Source of the DNA: Spirochaetaceae bacterium
Lineage (GTDB): Bacteria > Spirochaetota > Spirochaetia > Treponematales > Breznakiellaceae
DNA: 32,940 nucleotides
Direction of reading: 5' to 3'
Assembly (NCBI GenBank): GCA_031265025.1
Contig: JAISDF010000040.1
Location: 1 to 32,940 of the forward strand
Positions 25,388 to 32,940 of this stretch are shown in pieces. Numbering within the stretch: position 1 is the stretch's first letter; every line of letters starts with the position of its first letter. The translations under genes were made by a program, and so were the position numbers. Below the pieces are notes generated by a model. The model did not search any database, was not told where the DNA came from, and worked only from the letters and a program-made list of their open reading frames with translations.

Positions 25388-26116
25388 ATGGTAATCAATG
25401 TTTCCCGGTCGGCTCTTCTGGAAATTGATGTGCAGAATGATTTCTGCCCGGCCTATGTGAGTTCTTCTGGACAGCGTTTCGGTCCGGGCGCCCTCGCGGT
25501 TACGGGCGGGGACGAGGTGGTAAAGGCCCTTAACGCCCTGGCGCTCAAGGTACACGCCGCCGGCGGCCGGGTTATCGCTACCCAGGACTGGCATCCGCCC
25601 TTTCATATTTCCTTCGCCTCATCCCATGAGGGGAAGCAGGTCCATGATACGGTTACCGTTCCCCTTTCTCCTGTCCGGGAGTCCCTGACACGGACGGGCC
25701 TTGCCCTGCCTGAGGCGATTGATCAGACGCTCTGGCCCGATCACTGCGTTCAGGGCAGCGCCGGCGCGGCTTTTCACGCTGACCTTGACCTTGCCCCGGT
25801 GCAGTATATACTCCGCAAGGGAAGCGGGAAGGACCTTGATTCCTATTCGGCTTTTTTTGAAAATGACAGGAGGACGCCCACCGGCCTTGACGGACTCCTT
25901 AAAGGCCTGGGCATACATACGGTATTTCTCGGCGGGCTGGCTACCGATTACTGCGTACTCTACAGCGCCCTTGACGCCGCCAGGCTGGGCTATCATACCG
26001 TAGTGGTAAGCGACGCGGTCCGTGGTGTAGGCGTTCCCGAAGGCTCTGTTGAAAGGGCCGTGGAACTGATGCGGGACGGAGGAGTGAGCTTTATGGACTC
26101 ACGGGAAATTATTTAA
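25388..26116 (+). CDS. pncA: nicotinamidase/pyrazinamidase PncA
   Basis: 242 aa isochorismatase fold. Catalytic Asp in LLEIDVQNDF, metal site DWHPPFHISF, LWPDHCVQGS, Lys in LRKGSGKDLDSYSAF, and catalytic Cys in GLATDYCV. The SD GAGGTGGAG lies upstream. Confidence 0.9.
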   Translation: MVINVSRSALLEIDVQNDFCPAYVSSSGQRFGPGALAVTGGDEVVKALNALALKVHAAGGRVIATQDWHPPFHISFASSHEGKQVHDTVTVPLSPVRESLTRTGLALPEAIDQTLWPDHCVQGSAGAAFHADLDLAPVQYILRKGSGKDLDSYSAFFENDRRTPTGLDGLLKGLGIHTVFLGGLATDYCVLYSALDAARLGYHTVVVSDAVRGVGVPEGSVERAVELMRDGGVSFMDSREII

Positions 26117-26131
26117 TTTGAGGAACATTGT

Positions 26132-27568
26132 ATGCACAGCGCCCTAGTTACCGATTTTTATTCCCTTACCATGGCCCAAGGTTACTGGCTCAGGCATCCC
26201 GGCCAGGAGGCCGTGTTCGAGATGTTTTTCAGGCGTCAGCCCTTTGGCGGGGGCTTCTCGGTGTACGCCGGTCTTGAACCGCTTCTTGAGACCCTAAAGG
26301 ATGTTTCGTTTTCTTCCGGCGACATTGCCTACCTTGAGTCGCTGAATTTTTTTCAAAAGCCCTTTCTCGATTACCTTGAGGCTTTTCGGTTTTCCGGAAA
26401 ACTCTGGTCGGTTGATGAGGGGGAGATAGTGTTTCCCCAGGAGCCTCTGATACGTGTTCAGGGCAGCCTTATCGAGTGCCAGATCATTGAGGGTATGCTC
26501 CTCAATATTATTAATTTCCAGAGCCTCATCGCCACCAAATCCGCCAGGGTTTGGCTTGCCTCGAACAAGGGCAGGATTATGGAATTCGGTCTCAGAAGGG
26601 CCCAGGGGCCCGACGGCGCCCTGTCCGCCTCCAGGGCTGCCTACATAGGCGGTGCCGGGGGAACCTCAAACGTGCTTGCCGGAAAGGAATACGGCATACC
26701 TGTCATGGGAACCATGGCCCATTCCTGGGTCATGTCCTACGCGTCGGAAGAAGAAGCGTTCAGGGCCTATGCCGGTATATACCCTGAGCATCCTGTGTTC
26801 CTCATCGATACCTACGATACCCTCAAGAGCGGGATCAGGAACGCCGTAAAGGTCGGCAGGCAGCTTGCCGCCGAGGGGAAGAATTTCGGCGTGCGCCTTG
26901 ATTCGGGAGACATACATTACCTTTCCGTGGAAGTGCGGAAGATACTGGACGCCGAAGGTTTTCCCAAAGCGACCATAGCGGTTTCCAATGATCTTGACGA
27001 ATCAATCATCAAAACCATGACCAGTTCCGGCGCGCCTGTTGATTCATGGGGCGTGGGAACCCAGCTTGTTACCGGTGGCAGCGAGGCGTCCTTTACCGGC
27101 GTCTATAAACTTACCGCGACGCAGGCCCCGGACGGTGAGTTTATTCCGGCGATAAAATTTTCCGATAATCCCGAAAAGACCACCAATCCCGGAATCAAAC
27201 AGGTATGGCGCGTCAGGGACAACCAGGGCAGGGCGCTGGCCGATGTCATGGCCCTGGATAACGTCCATGACGAAATCAAAGCCGGAAGCAGTCATACATT
27301 CTGGCATCCATCAGGGGACTACCGTCATTTTTACTGGGACGGCGAAGGCCGGCCCGAGGCCATGCTGAGCCTTAAAATGGAAGGCGGAAAGGTACGCGGC
27401 AGCCATCCTTCGCTTGCCCTCATCAAGGAGAAGGTCCGTACCGGGCTTGAATGTTTTGACAACAGTTACAAGCGTACACTCAATCCCCATATCTATAAGG
27501 TCTCGGTTACAGGACATTTAAGAAACCTCAAACTTGAACTTATCAAAAATTACCTTGGGGACCTTTGA
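26132..27568 (+). CDS. pncB: nicotinate phosphoribosyltransferase PncB
   Basis: 478 aa. LVTDFYSLTMAQGYW, EFGLRRAQG, GTMAHSW (phosphohistidine region) and VRLDSGD. Confidence 0.93.
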   Translation: MHSALVTDFYSLTMAQGYWLRHPGQEAVFEMFFRRQPFGGGFSVYAGLEPLLETLKDVSFSSGDIAYLESLNFFQKPFLDYLEAFRFSGKLWSVDEGEIVFPQEPLIRVQGSLIECQIIEGMLLNIINFQSLIATKSARVWLASNKGRIMEFGLRRAQGPDGALSASRAAYIGGAGGTSNVLAGKEYGIPVMGTMAHSWVMSYASEEEAFRAYAGIYPEHPVFLIDTYDTLKSGIRNAVKVGRQLAAEGKNFGVRLDSGDIHYLSVEVRKILDAEGFPKATIAVSNDLDESIIKTMTSSGAPVDSWGVGTQLVTGGSEASFTGVYKLTATQAPDGEFIPAIKFSDNPEKTTNPGIKQVWRVRDNQGRALADVMALDNVHDEIKAGSSHTFWHPSGDYRHFYWDGEGRPEAMLSLKMEGGKVRGSHPSLALIKEKVRTGLECFDNSYKRTLNPHIYKVSVTGHLRNLKLELIKNYLGDL

Positions 27569-28482
27569 TGCAAGAGCCTTCCTGCCTGGCGCGCTTTTTT
27601 GGCGCCGGGGAAAATTTTCCCTGGGACCTTGCCGACGCCTTTGACGCCGCCTGTAACGGCCTCGAAAATCCCGAAGCCCTTGCCCGCATGGAGAAACTCC
27701 GGGGAAAGGAATTTACAAACTGGAAACATCTGGTCCACGCGATCAGGGCCATGTACCGGGGCGACGAGGAGAGCTGCCGGGGAGCCTCGGATTCCATAGA
27801 GAGCGTTTCCCCTCCGGCTTCCCTCAAGGGCCTTTTTTCAGCCTGGATTTCCGGGATGAAGAGCGCCGGACCGGCGGAAGAATCCGCCCTGGTCCCCGGC
27901 CGCAAGAAAACCGGCGCAACGGCTTTAACGGCCGGCGGGAATGCCGATCTTCCCGCCATGGAGCTTTACCGGAAACTCCTTGTTCATCCCCATCCCCTGC
28001 GGCTCATAGCCGAACAGGCCGATGAGGCGCTGCGCCAGGGCATGATCGGGCATTTTGAACGCTTAAGCCAGTCTGTATTCCGGGGGCTGCGGGAAGAACG
28101 CCGCTGCGACAGCGCCCTCCTTGCCCTGCGCTATGCCCGTTACTGCCTCTCCCTCCTCAGCGAAGGAGGGTATACCCCGACTGATTTTTTTTCACTTATA
28201 GTCAGGGTGCTGGGAAGGGCCGACGGCTTTTTCATTATAGGACTGAGCCTTCTTGACAATGATGAAGAAGCGGCGCTCGGGGCCCTGGAAGCCGCCCTTG
28301 AAACGCGGGCCTCCGAAGTCCCGGACGGGAGCTTCTTCCTTGATAATGAAATGGTCCCGGCGCTGCGGGCCATGATCAATCTTATGCGGGAAGAAAGCCC
28401 GCGTATGCCGGCAAAGAACGCGAAACCGTCAAAGCACGGAAAAACCCGGACAGAGTCCCGGGGGCAGCTTGAGCTGTTTTAG
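27568..28482 (+). CDS. hypothetical protein (304 aa), helix-rich, with a Pro/Gly/Ala-rich linker and a basic C-terminal tail; no domain recognised
   Basis: The ORF spans the whole gap. Its codon style matches the neighbours (ATA Ile, CTT Leu, AGG/CGG Arg). ATG 27568 overlaps the pncB stop (TGATG), which suggests translational coupling. I could find no catalytic motif. Confidence 0.65.
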   Translation: MQEPSCLARFFGAGENFPWDLADAFDAACNGLENPEALARMEKLRGKEFTNWKHLVHAIRAMYRGDEESCRGASDSIESVSPPASLKGLFSAWISGMKSAGPAEESALVPGRKKTGATALTAGGNADLPAMELYRKLLVHPHPLRLIAEQADEALRQGMIGHFERLSQSVFRGLREERRCDSALLALRYARYCLSLLSEGGYTPTDFFSLIVRVLGRADGFFIIGLSLLDNDEEAALGALEAALETRASEVPDGSFFLDNEMVPALRAMINLMREESPRMPAKNAKPSKHGKTRTESRGQLELF

Positions 28483-28496
28483 ATGAGGACCGTACA

Positions 28497-28697
28497 ATGA
28501 AAGGCCGCCTCCTGGTCGAAAAATTGCAAGAACGCCGCGTATCGTTGGGTATAAAGGCTGAAACCCTGGAAAGGCTTGCCCTTGCCCTGGCCGTTCCCGC
28601 GTCTCTTGACGAACTGGAAGCGGCGCTGCCCCCGGCGGTCCGCTACCTGGGGCCGGGAATATGGGCCGAAACCATAGACAAGTCCCGCGGGGAATGA
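28497..28697 (+). CDS. small hypothetical protein (66 aa)
   Basis: GAGGA lies 7 nt upstream of the ATG. It fills the gap between two same-strand genes. No motif was recognised. Short length makes the call tentative. Confidence 0.45.
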   Translation: MKGRLLVEKLQERRVSLGIKAETLERLALALAVPASLDELEAALPPAVRYLGPGIWAETIDKSRGE

Positions 28698-28718
28698 GAA
28701 GATACTACGGAGTGTGCC

Positions 28719-30374
28719 ATGAATGAAATAAAGGTTCGTTTTAGTACCGGCGAGAGCGTGAACTGTCCGTTAGGCATCAGGGTTGACGAACTGGCCGGCG
28801 AGTTCGGCCCCCTTTACGCGGACATCGCCGCGGTAAAGATCAACAATAAAATCATGCCCCTTTCCACGCGCCTGGATATAAACGCCGTAATAGAACCGGT
28901 GCTTCTTGACGTTCCCGACGGGGTGATGATATACCGGCGCTCCCTGGCCTTTCTCCTTGCCAAAGCCGCCAGGAGAATTTTCCCCGACCGGGGCCTTTCC
29001 GTAGGCCATTCACTGGGAAATACCTATTACTATACCTTCAACCAGGAAAAGAAACCCTCAGGGGAAGACATAGCCGCGCTGGAAGCGGAGATGAAAAGAC
29101 TTGCGGACGAGAATATTCCTATTGAATATTGTTATATGGCCTACAGCGAGGCGCTTGAACTTTTTCACAGCCGCCGCCAGACCGACACGGCGCTGCTGCT
29201 TGATCAGCGCAGCGAGTCAAAGATACCGGTTAATCTGTGCGGCGATTTCGCGGACCTCTACATAGAACCCCTGGTTCCCAGGACAGGACTCCTCACGGCG
29301 TTTCATCTTATGGCCTATAGGGACGGTTTTCTCCTCCGCTTTCCCGGCGTGGGACAGGGCGGCGTCATAGGGGCTTTTGAGGACAGCCCCGGAATTTTTT
29401 CGGTGTACCACGAATACAAAAAGTGGGGAAGGATAATCGGCGTCCACGCGGTGGGCCAGTTAAACAGACTCGTGTCAAACCGCACCATACGGGATTACAT
29501 ACGTATAGCCGAAGCCTTTCAGGCCAAGAAGATGGCCGAGATAGCCGACAGAATTTACGAAAGAAAGGATGAAGTCAGAGTCGTGCTTATAGCCGGGCCT
29601 TCAAGCTCGGGCAAAACCACCAGCGCCAAAAGGCTTTCCATTGACCTGAAAGTCATGGGCATGGAGCCTGTGTCCATAAGCCTTGACGACTATTACCGGG
29701 GCACGGAACAGACACCCAAGGACGAGAACGGCCAGCCCGACTTCGAGTGTCTTGAGGCCCTTGACGTGCCCTGTCTCAATGAACAGCTCCTTGCCCTTTT
29801 CAGGGGGGAAGAAGTGGAAATTCCGGACTTTGACTTCAAGGCGGGGCGGCGCAGGGCCGAAGGAAAAAAACTCCGCCTGGGCAGGAGGTCCATACTCATC
29901 ATCGAAGGCATACACGGCCTTAACGACGCCCTCACCCCGGCCATAGAGCGGTCGAAAAAATTCAAACTTTATGTCTCGGCTCTTACCCAGCTTAACCTTG
30001 ACGACCACAACCGCATACCCACAAGCGACAACAGGCTCCTCCGCCGCATGGTACGGGACAACCAGTTCAGGGCCGCGGGAGCGGAAAGAACCATTAAGAT
30101 GTGGCCTAACGTTCAGAAAGGCGAGAGGAAGCATATATTCCCCTTTCAGGACAGCGCCGACGCGGCCTTTAACTCGGCCCTGGATTATGAACTCGCCGTG
30201 CTGAAATTCTACGCCGATCCCCTGCTTCGTTCGGTAAAACCAACCATGACCGAATACGCCGAAGCGGTGCGGCTCCTTTCCTTCCTTGAGAATTTCGCCC
30301 CCATACCGCCCCAGTATGTACCGGGAACAAGCATACTCCGCGAATTCATAGGCGAATCGGAGTTCAAGTACTAG
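28719..30374 (+). CDS. fusion protein: ThrRS-like N-terminal half (TGS plus degenerate editing/second-additional domain) joined to a uridine-kinase/PRK-family P-loop nucleoside kinase domain
   Basis: 551 aa. The N-terminus is a beta-grasp TGS-like segment. RRSLAFLLAKAARRIFP...GNTYYYTF...EDIAALEAEMKRLADENIPIEY...FADLYIEPLVPRTG is collinear with the ThrRS N2 domain. Kinase half: Walker A VVLIAGPSSSGKTT (about 29593-29619), SLDDYY, ILIIEGIHGLND, and lid LLRRMVRDNQFRAAG. Confidence 0.85.
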   Translation: MNEIKVRFSTGESVNCPLGIRVDELAGEFGPLYADIAAVKINNKIMPLSTRLDINAVIEPVLLDVPDGVMIYRRSLAFLLAKAARRIFPDRGLSVGHSLGNTYYYTFNQEKKPSGEDIAALEAEMKRLADENIPIEYCYMAYSEALELFHSRRQTDTALLLDQRSESKIPVNLCGDFADLYIEPLVPRTGLLTAFHLMAYRDGFLLRFPGVGQGGVIGAFEDSPGIFSVYHEYKKWGRIIGVHAVGQLNRLVSNRTIRDYIRIAEAFQAKKMAEIADRIYERKDEVRVVLIAGPSSSGKTTSAKRLSIDLKVMGMEPVSISLDDYYRGTEQTPKDENGQPDFECLEALDVPCLNEQLLALFRGEEVEIPDFDFKAGRRRAEGKKLRLGRRSILIIEGIHGLNDALTPAIERSKKFKLYVSALTQLNLDDHNRIPTSDNRLLRRMVRDNQFRAAGAERTIKMWPNVQKGERKHIFPFQDSADAAFNSALDYELAVLKFYADPLLRSVKPTMTEYAEAVRLLSFLENFAPIPPQYVPGTSILREFIGESEFKY

Positions 30375-30390
30375 CGCGTAACCTGTAGTT

Positions 30391-32940
30391 CTAGGTAACA
30401 AGCGAAATTTTCGATCCAAGGGCTGTTTTGATGACTTCTATGCGCGAGGGGATGCGGGAACGCATTTCGCCTACATGGGAGATGATCCCTACCATGCGGT
30501 GTTCCCTGAGTTCGTCAAGTATGTTAAGGGCTTTGTCAAGGCTTGCCTCGTCAAGGCTGCCGAAGCCCTCGTCTATAAATACCGCGTCAAGCCTTATGCC
30601 CCCTGAGCGGGCCTGTATCGAGTCGGCGAGGCCCAGGGCAAGGCTTATGGAGGCCATAAAACTTTCGCCGCCTGAAAGGGTTCCGCAGGGGCGGCTTCTT
30701 CCTGTATTGGCGTCAAAGACGGCAAGGTCAAGGCCTGTCTTGCCACGGGTGCCTTCTCCTTCCCGGTCAAGTATCAGGGCGTAGCGTCCCTCGCTCATTT
30801 TTTCGAGGCGCTTTGTGGCATAGGCGCTTACCTCGCTGAGGTAGCGGCCGAGGAGCCACACGTCAAAGGCGGGTTTCTTTTTGTCATTGCCCGAAAGGTC
30901 GTCCGAGAGGGCTTTGTATTGCCGGGCCTCTTTGGCAAGTTCTTCCCGCCTGACGAGGATTTCATTGTACTGCTTTTCGTCCCGTTCAGCGGCGGCAAGT
31001 TCTCCGGCGGCGTTGTCCCGTATGGCTTGGGCATCAAGGTATTCACGTTCAAGGCCGTTTAGTTCCTGTTCTGTTTCGGCCCTTGATCCGGGACGGACGG
31101 CACTGTCCTTCTTTAGGGAAGCAAGGCCGGCCTCAAGGTTTTTCATCCTGCCGGAAAGTTCCGCCTTTTTTTCTCCCCGCAGTCTCAGGTCGTTTTCAAG
31201 GGCGCTGAGGCCGGCTTCGGAAAGCGACGCTTCCCTGAGGGACTGTACATTTGGGAAGGGGGAACCGTTAAGTTTTTCGGCAAAGGCCCTGTTTCCTTCC
31301 CCGTGGCGGAGTTCCGCCTGACGCCGCGCCTCTTTTGCCGCCTCGGTTCCTGTCCGGGCAGACGCGAGGGCAAGAGCGGCGGCCTCCCTTGCTTTTTCGT
31401 ACGCGGCGGCGGCCTTTTCTTTTTCGGAGAGGACGGCGTCAAGGGCCGCCAGAGCCGAGCCGACATCGGGGGCATCCCATTCCCCGATACGGTTTTCGTA
31501 TTTTGCCCTGCATGAAGCGGCGGCTTCTTCCGTGGCTTTTTTTCTTGTTTCCAGAACGGCAAGCTCCCTGCCGGATTCCGATGCCTCGTCCCGCAGGGCG
31601 TCCCGTTCCCCCCGGACCTGATGTATCTGGGTTCCGGCCCTGCGGCCTTCTTCCCGCAGGGCGGTTGTCGTGTTGAGGGCGGCGGCATGGTTTTGCAGCA
31701 GCCTTTCCGCTTCGGCCAACTCAGGCAGGCGGACCTGATCCGCCGTTTTGCTTTCGGAGAGCAGGGCGCGGTATTCTTCCTTTAGTTTTTCTTCCCGGGC
31801 CGCTATTCTTTTTAGTTCGCCGGCCTTGGAAGCGGTGAGGCTTTTTTTCGAGGCCAGTTCCTGAGCGGCGCTGGTACAGGCGTTCCTCAGCGCCGGAAGC
31901 CGTTCCTCAATGCCGAAACTACGTACTGCCGCGGCGGCGGGCCGGGGATGCACCGGGGAACCGCAGACGGGACAGGGTTCTCCACCGCGGAGGCCGAGGG
32001 CAAGGCTTGCCGCGGCCGAGGACCTTTCAAAGGCTTCTTTTTCCCTTTCAAGGTTCTCGTATTCCTCCCTGAGAACCGGTATGCGTTTTTCAAGTTCGGC
32101 TACGGATTGTTCAAGGTCCCCAAGTTCCTTTTCCAGCGGCGCCCGTTCAGCTTCAAGGGCCGAGGCGTCCCTGGCGATACGGACCCGCGCCTTGAGTGTC
32201 TCAAGGCCCGCCCTTGCCGCTTCCCAGGACTCTTCCGCGCTTTCCCCTTTTTGTACGGCTTCCTCAAGTTTTTGTATCCGGCTTTCATGTTCAAGGAGGC
32301 GCTCCTTGGCCGATTCTCTTCTTTTGTAAAGGAGCTCCGAACTTTGAAAAATTTCCCGGAGCGAGGCCCTGTACTTTTCAAACCGCTCTTCTTCTTCAAG
32401 CAGGGGAACGAGGACTGAACGCCTGTCCCGCAGGGACACTATTTCGGCGGCGGTTTTTTCAGCCTGGGCTCCGTCCAGGGCCAGCTCTTCCTTCTCCGCG
32501 AGGGCGAGCGCCGCCAGAGACGCGGCCAGGGCCGCTTCCCCGTCGTCAAGGCGGGCCTTGTATTCGGCGACGCGCAGCCATTCCTGATACAGGGGAGAAG
32601 CGGCGCGGGCCCTTTCCAGACGCCGCGTCTTTTCTTCGTAAAGGGAGTCTTCTTCCGCAAGGGTTTCGTATTCTTGCCGGGTCCTGTCCATATCGCCCAG
32701 TATCTGTTCTTCTCTTTCAAAAAACAAAAGGGCTGAACGGAGCAGGGCCTCCCTTTCCCTCATGGCCCGCATTTTTTCTTCGGCCTCGTTAAGCCTCATC
32801 CCGGCGTCTTCCCGGCGTGCGGAAAAATTTCCGGCCCCGTCACCGGCAAGAAACGCGGCAAGGGCCCGTTCCGCTTCCTCCAGCCGGCTCCTCAGTTCCT
32901 TCACCCTGTCGGCGGCTTTTTCCCGTACCTTCACGGCGGC
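30391..32940 (-). CDS. sbcC: SbcC/Rad50-like SMC-family ATPase (exonuclease SbcCD subunit C), C-terminal about 850 codons; 5' end lies right of the window
   Basis: Long coiled coil with a zinc hook (GGEPCPVCGSPVHP), ABC signature LSGGESFMASISLALGLADS, Walker B/D-loop AVFIDEGFGSLD, and H-loop MVGIISHV. The frame is open to the window edge, so GTG 32934 in the track is an edge artefact. The Walker A head and any sbcD are not visible. Confidence 0.85.
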   Translation of the reverse strand, partial: AAVKVREKAADRVKELRSRLEEAERALAAFLAGDGAGNFSARREDAGMRLNEAEEKMRAMREREALLRSALLFFEREEQILGDMDRTRQEYETLAEEDSLYEEKTRRLERARAASPLYQEWLRVAEYKARLDDGEAALAASLAALALAEKEELALDGAQAEKTAAEIVSLRDRRSVLVPLLEEEERFEKYRASLREIFQSSELLYKRRESAKERLLEHESRIQKLEEAVQKGESAEESWEAARAGLETLKARVRIARDASALEAERAPLEKELGDLEQSVAELEKRIPVLREEYENLEREKEAFERSSAAASLALGLRGGEPCPVCGSPVHPRPAAAAVRSFGIEERLPALRNACTSAAQELASKKSLTASKAGELKRIAAREEKLKEEYRALLSESKTADQVRLPELAEAERLLQNHAAALNTTTALREEGRRAGTQIHQVRGERDALRDEASESGRELAVLETRKKATEEAAASCRAKYENRIGEWDAPDVGSALAALDAVLSEKEKAAAAYEKAREAAALALASARTGTEAAKEARRQAELRHGEGNRAFAEKLNGSPFPNVQSLREASLSEAGLSALENDLRLRGEKKAELSGRMKNLEAGLASLKKDSAVRPGSRAETEQELNGLEREYLDAQAIRDNAAGELAAAERDEKQYNEILVRREELAKEARQYKALSDDLSGNDKKKPAFDVWLLGRYLSEVSAYATKRLEKMSEGRYALILDREGEGTRGKTGLDLAVFDANTGRSRPCGTLSGGESFMASISLALGLADSIQARSGGIRLDAVFIDEGFGSLDEASLDKALNILDELREHRMVGIISHVGEMRSRIPSRIEVIKTALGSKISLVT

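Noticed and set aside
30375-30390. A 16-nt convergent junction between the kinase fusion and sbcC, examined for a bidirectional terminator.
   Set aside because: GCGTAACCTGTAGTTC has no stem-loop potential. Nothing can be called here.
30428-32792. Many + strand and alternative-frame ORFs (for example 31185..31688, 32196..32792, 31948..32418) within the sbcC region.
   Set aside because: They are low-complexity Arg/Pro/Ser/Gly-rich frames overlapping a long, motif-bearing SbcC coiled coil on the minus strand.
1-32940. Scan for tRNA, rRNA, CRISPR repeats, IS termini, riboswitch-sized leaders and defence-system hallmark genes.
   Set aside because: No non-coding gap exceeds about 140 nt, and that one is the mraZ promoter region. 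I found no repeat-spacer periodicity, transposase or integrase of a mobile type, or recognisable defence domains other than the edge nuclease-fold gene.

Overview
By eye this is a GC-rich window of core chromosome. Gene content and order look like a spirochaete of the Treponema/Spirochaeta type. Thirty genes run head-to-tail on the + strand from 974 to 30374, with no gap longer than about 60 nt. They comprise: (i) a reduced dcw division/cell-wall cluster, mraZ-rsmH-ftsL-murF-mraY-ftsW-ftsQ-ftsA-ftsZ; (ii) xerD, a TPR protein, dprA, topA, xerC(codV-like) and hslV-hslU; (iii) the early flagellar operon flgB-flgC-fliE-fliF-fliG-fliH-fliI-fliJ; (iv) a block with a PHP-family phosphatase, pncA, pncB, two orphan proteins (304 and 66 aa) and a fusion of a threonyl-tRNA-synthetase-like N-terminal half to a uridine-kinase-family P-loop domain. 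The left edge carries a divergent minus-strand pair: a small orphan and a CoiA-like nuclease-fold protein that is cut by the window and missing from the ORF track. The right edge carries a convergent, 5'-truncated sbcC-like SMC ATPase. I found no tRNA, rRNA, CRISPR array, IS element or recognisable defence island, and I cannot point to a clear-cut novel system. The best candidates for undescribed biology are: (1) the orphan pair and the tRNA-synthetase-like kinase fusion coupled to the NAD-salvage genes (27568-30374); (2) ftsA, which has no ATG/GTG/TTG start that retains its essential N-terminal motif and seems to need CTG 7171 behind a perfect Shine-Dalgarno (SD) site; (3) a sigma-28-like promoter in front of flgB; (4) the edge-truncated nuclease pair. 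All calls come from reading translations and motifs by eye. No database search was run.
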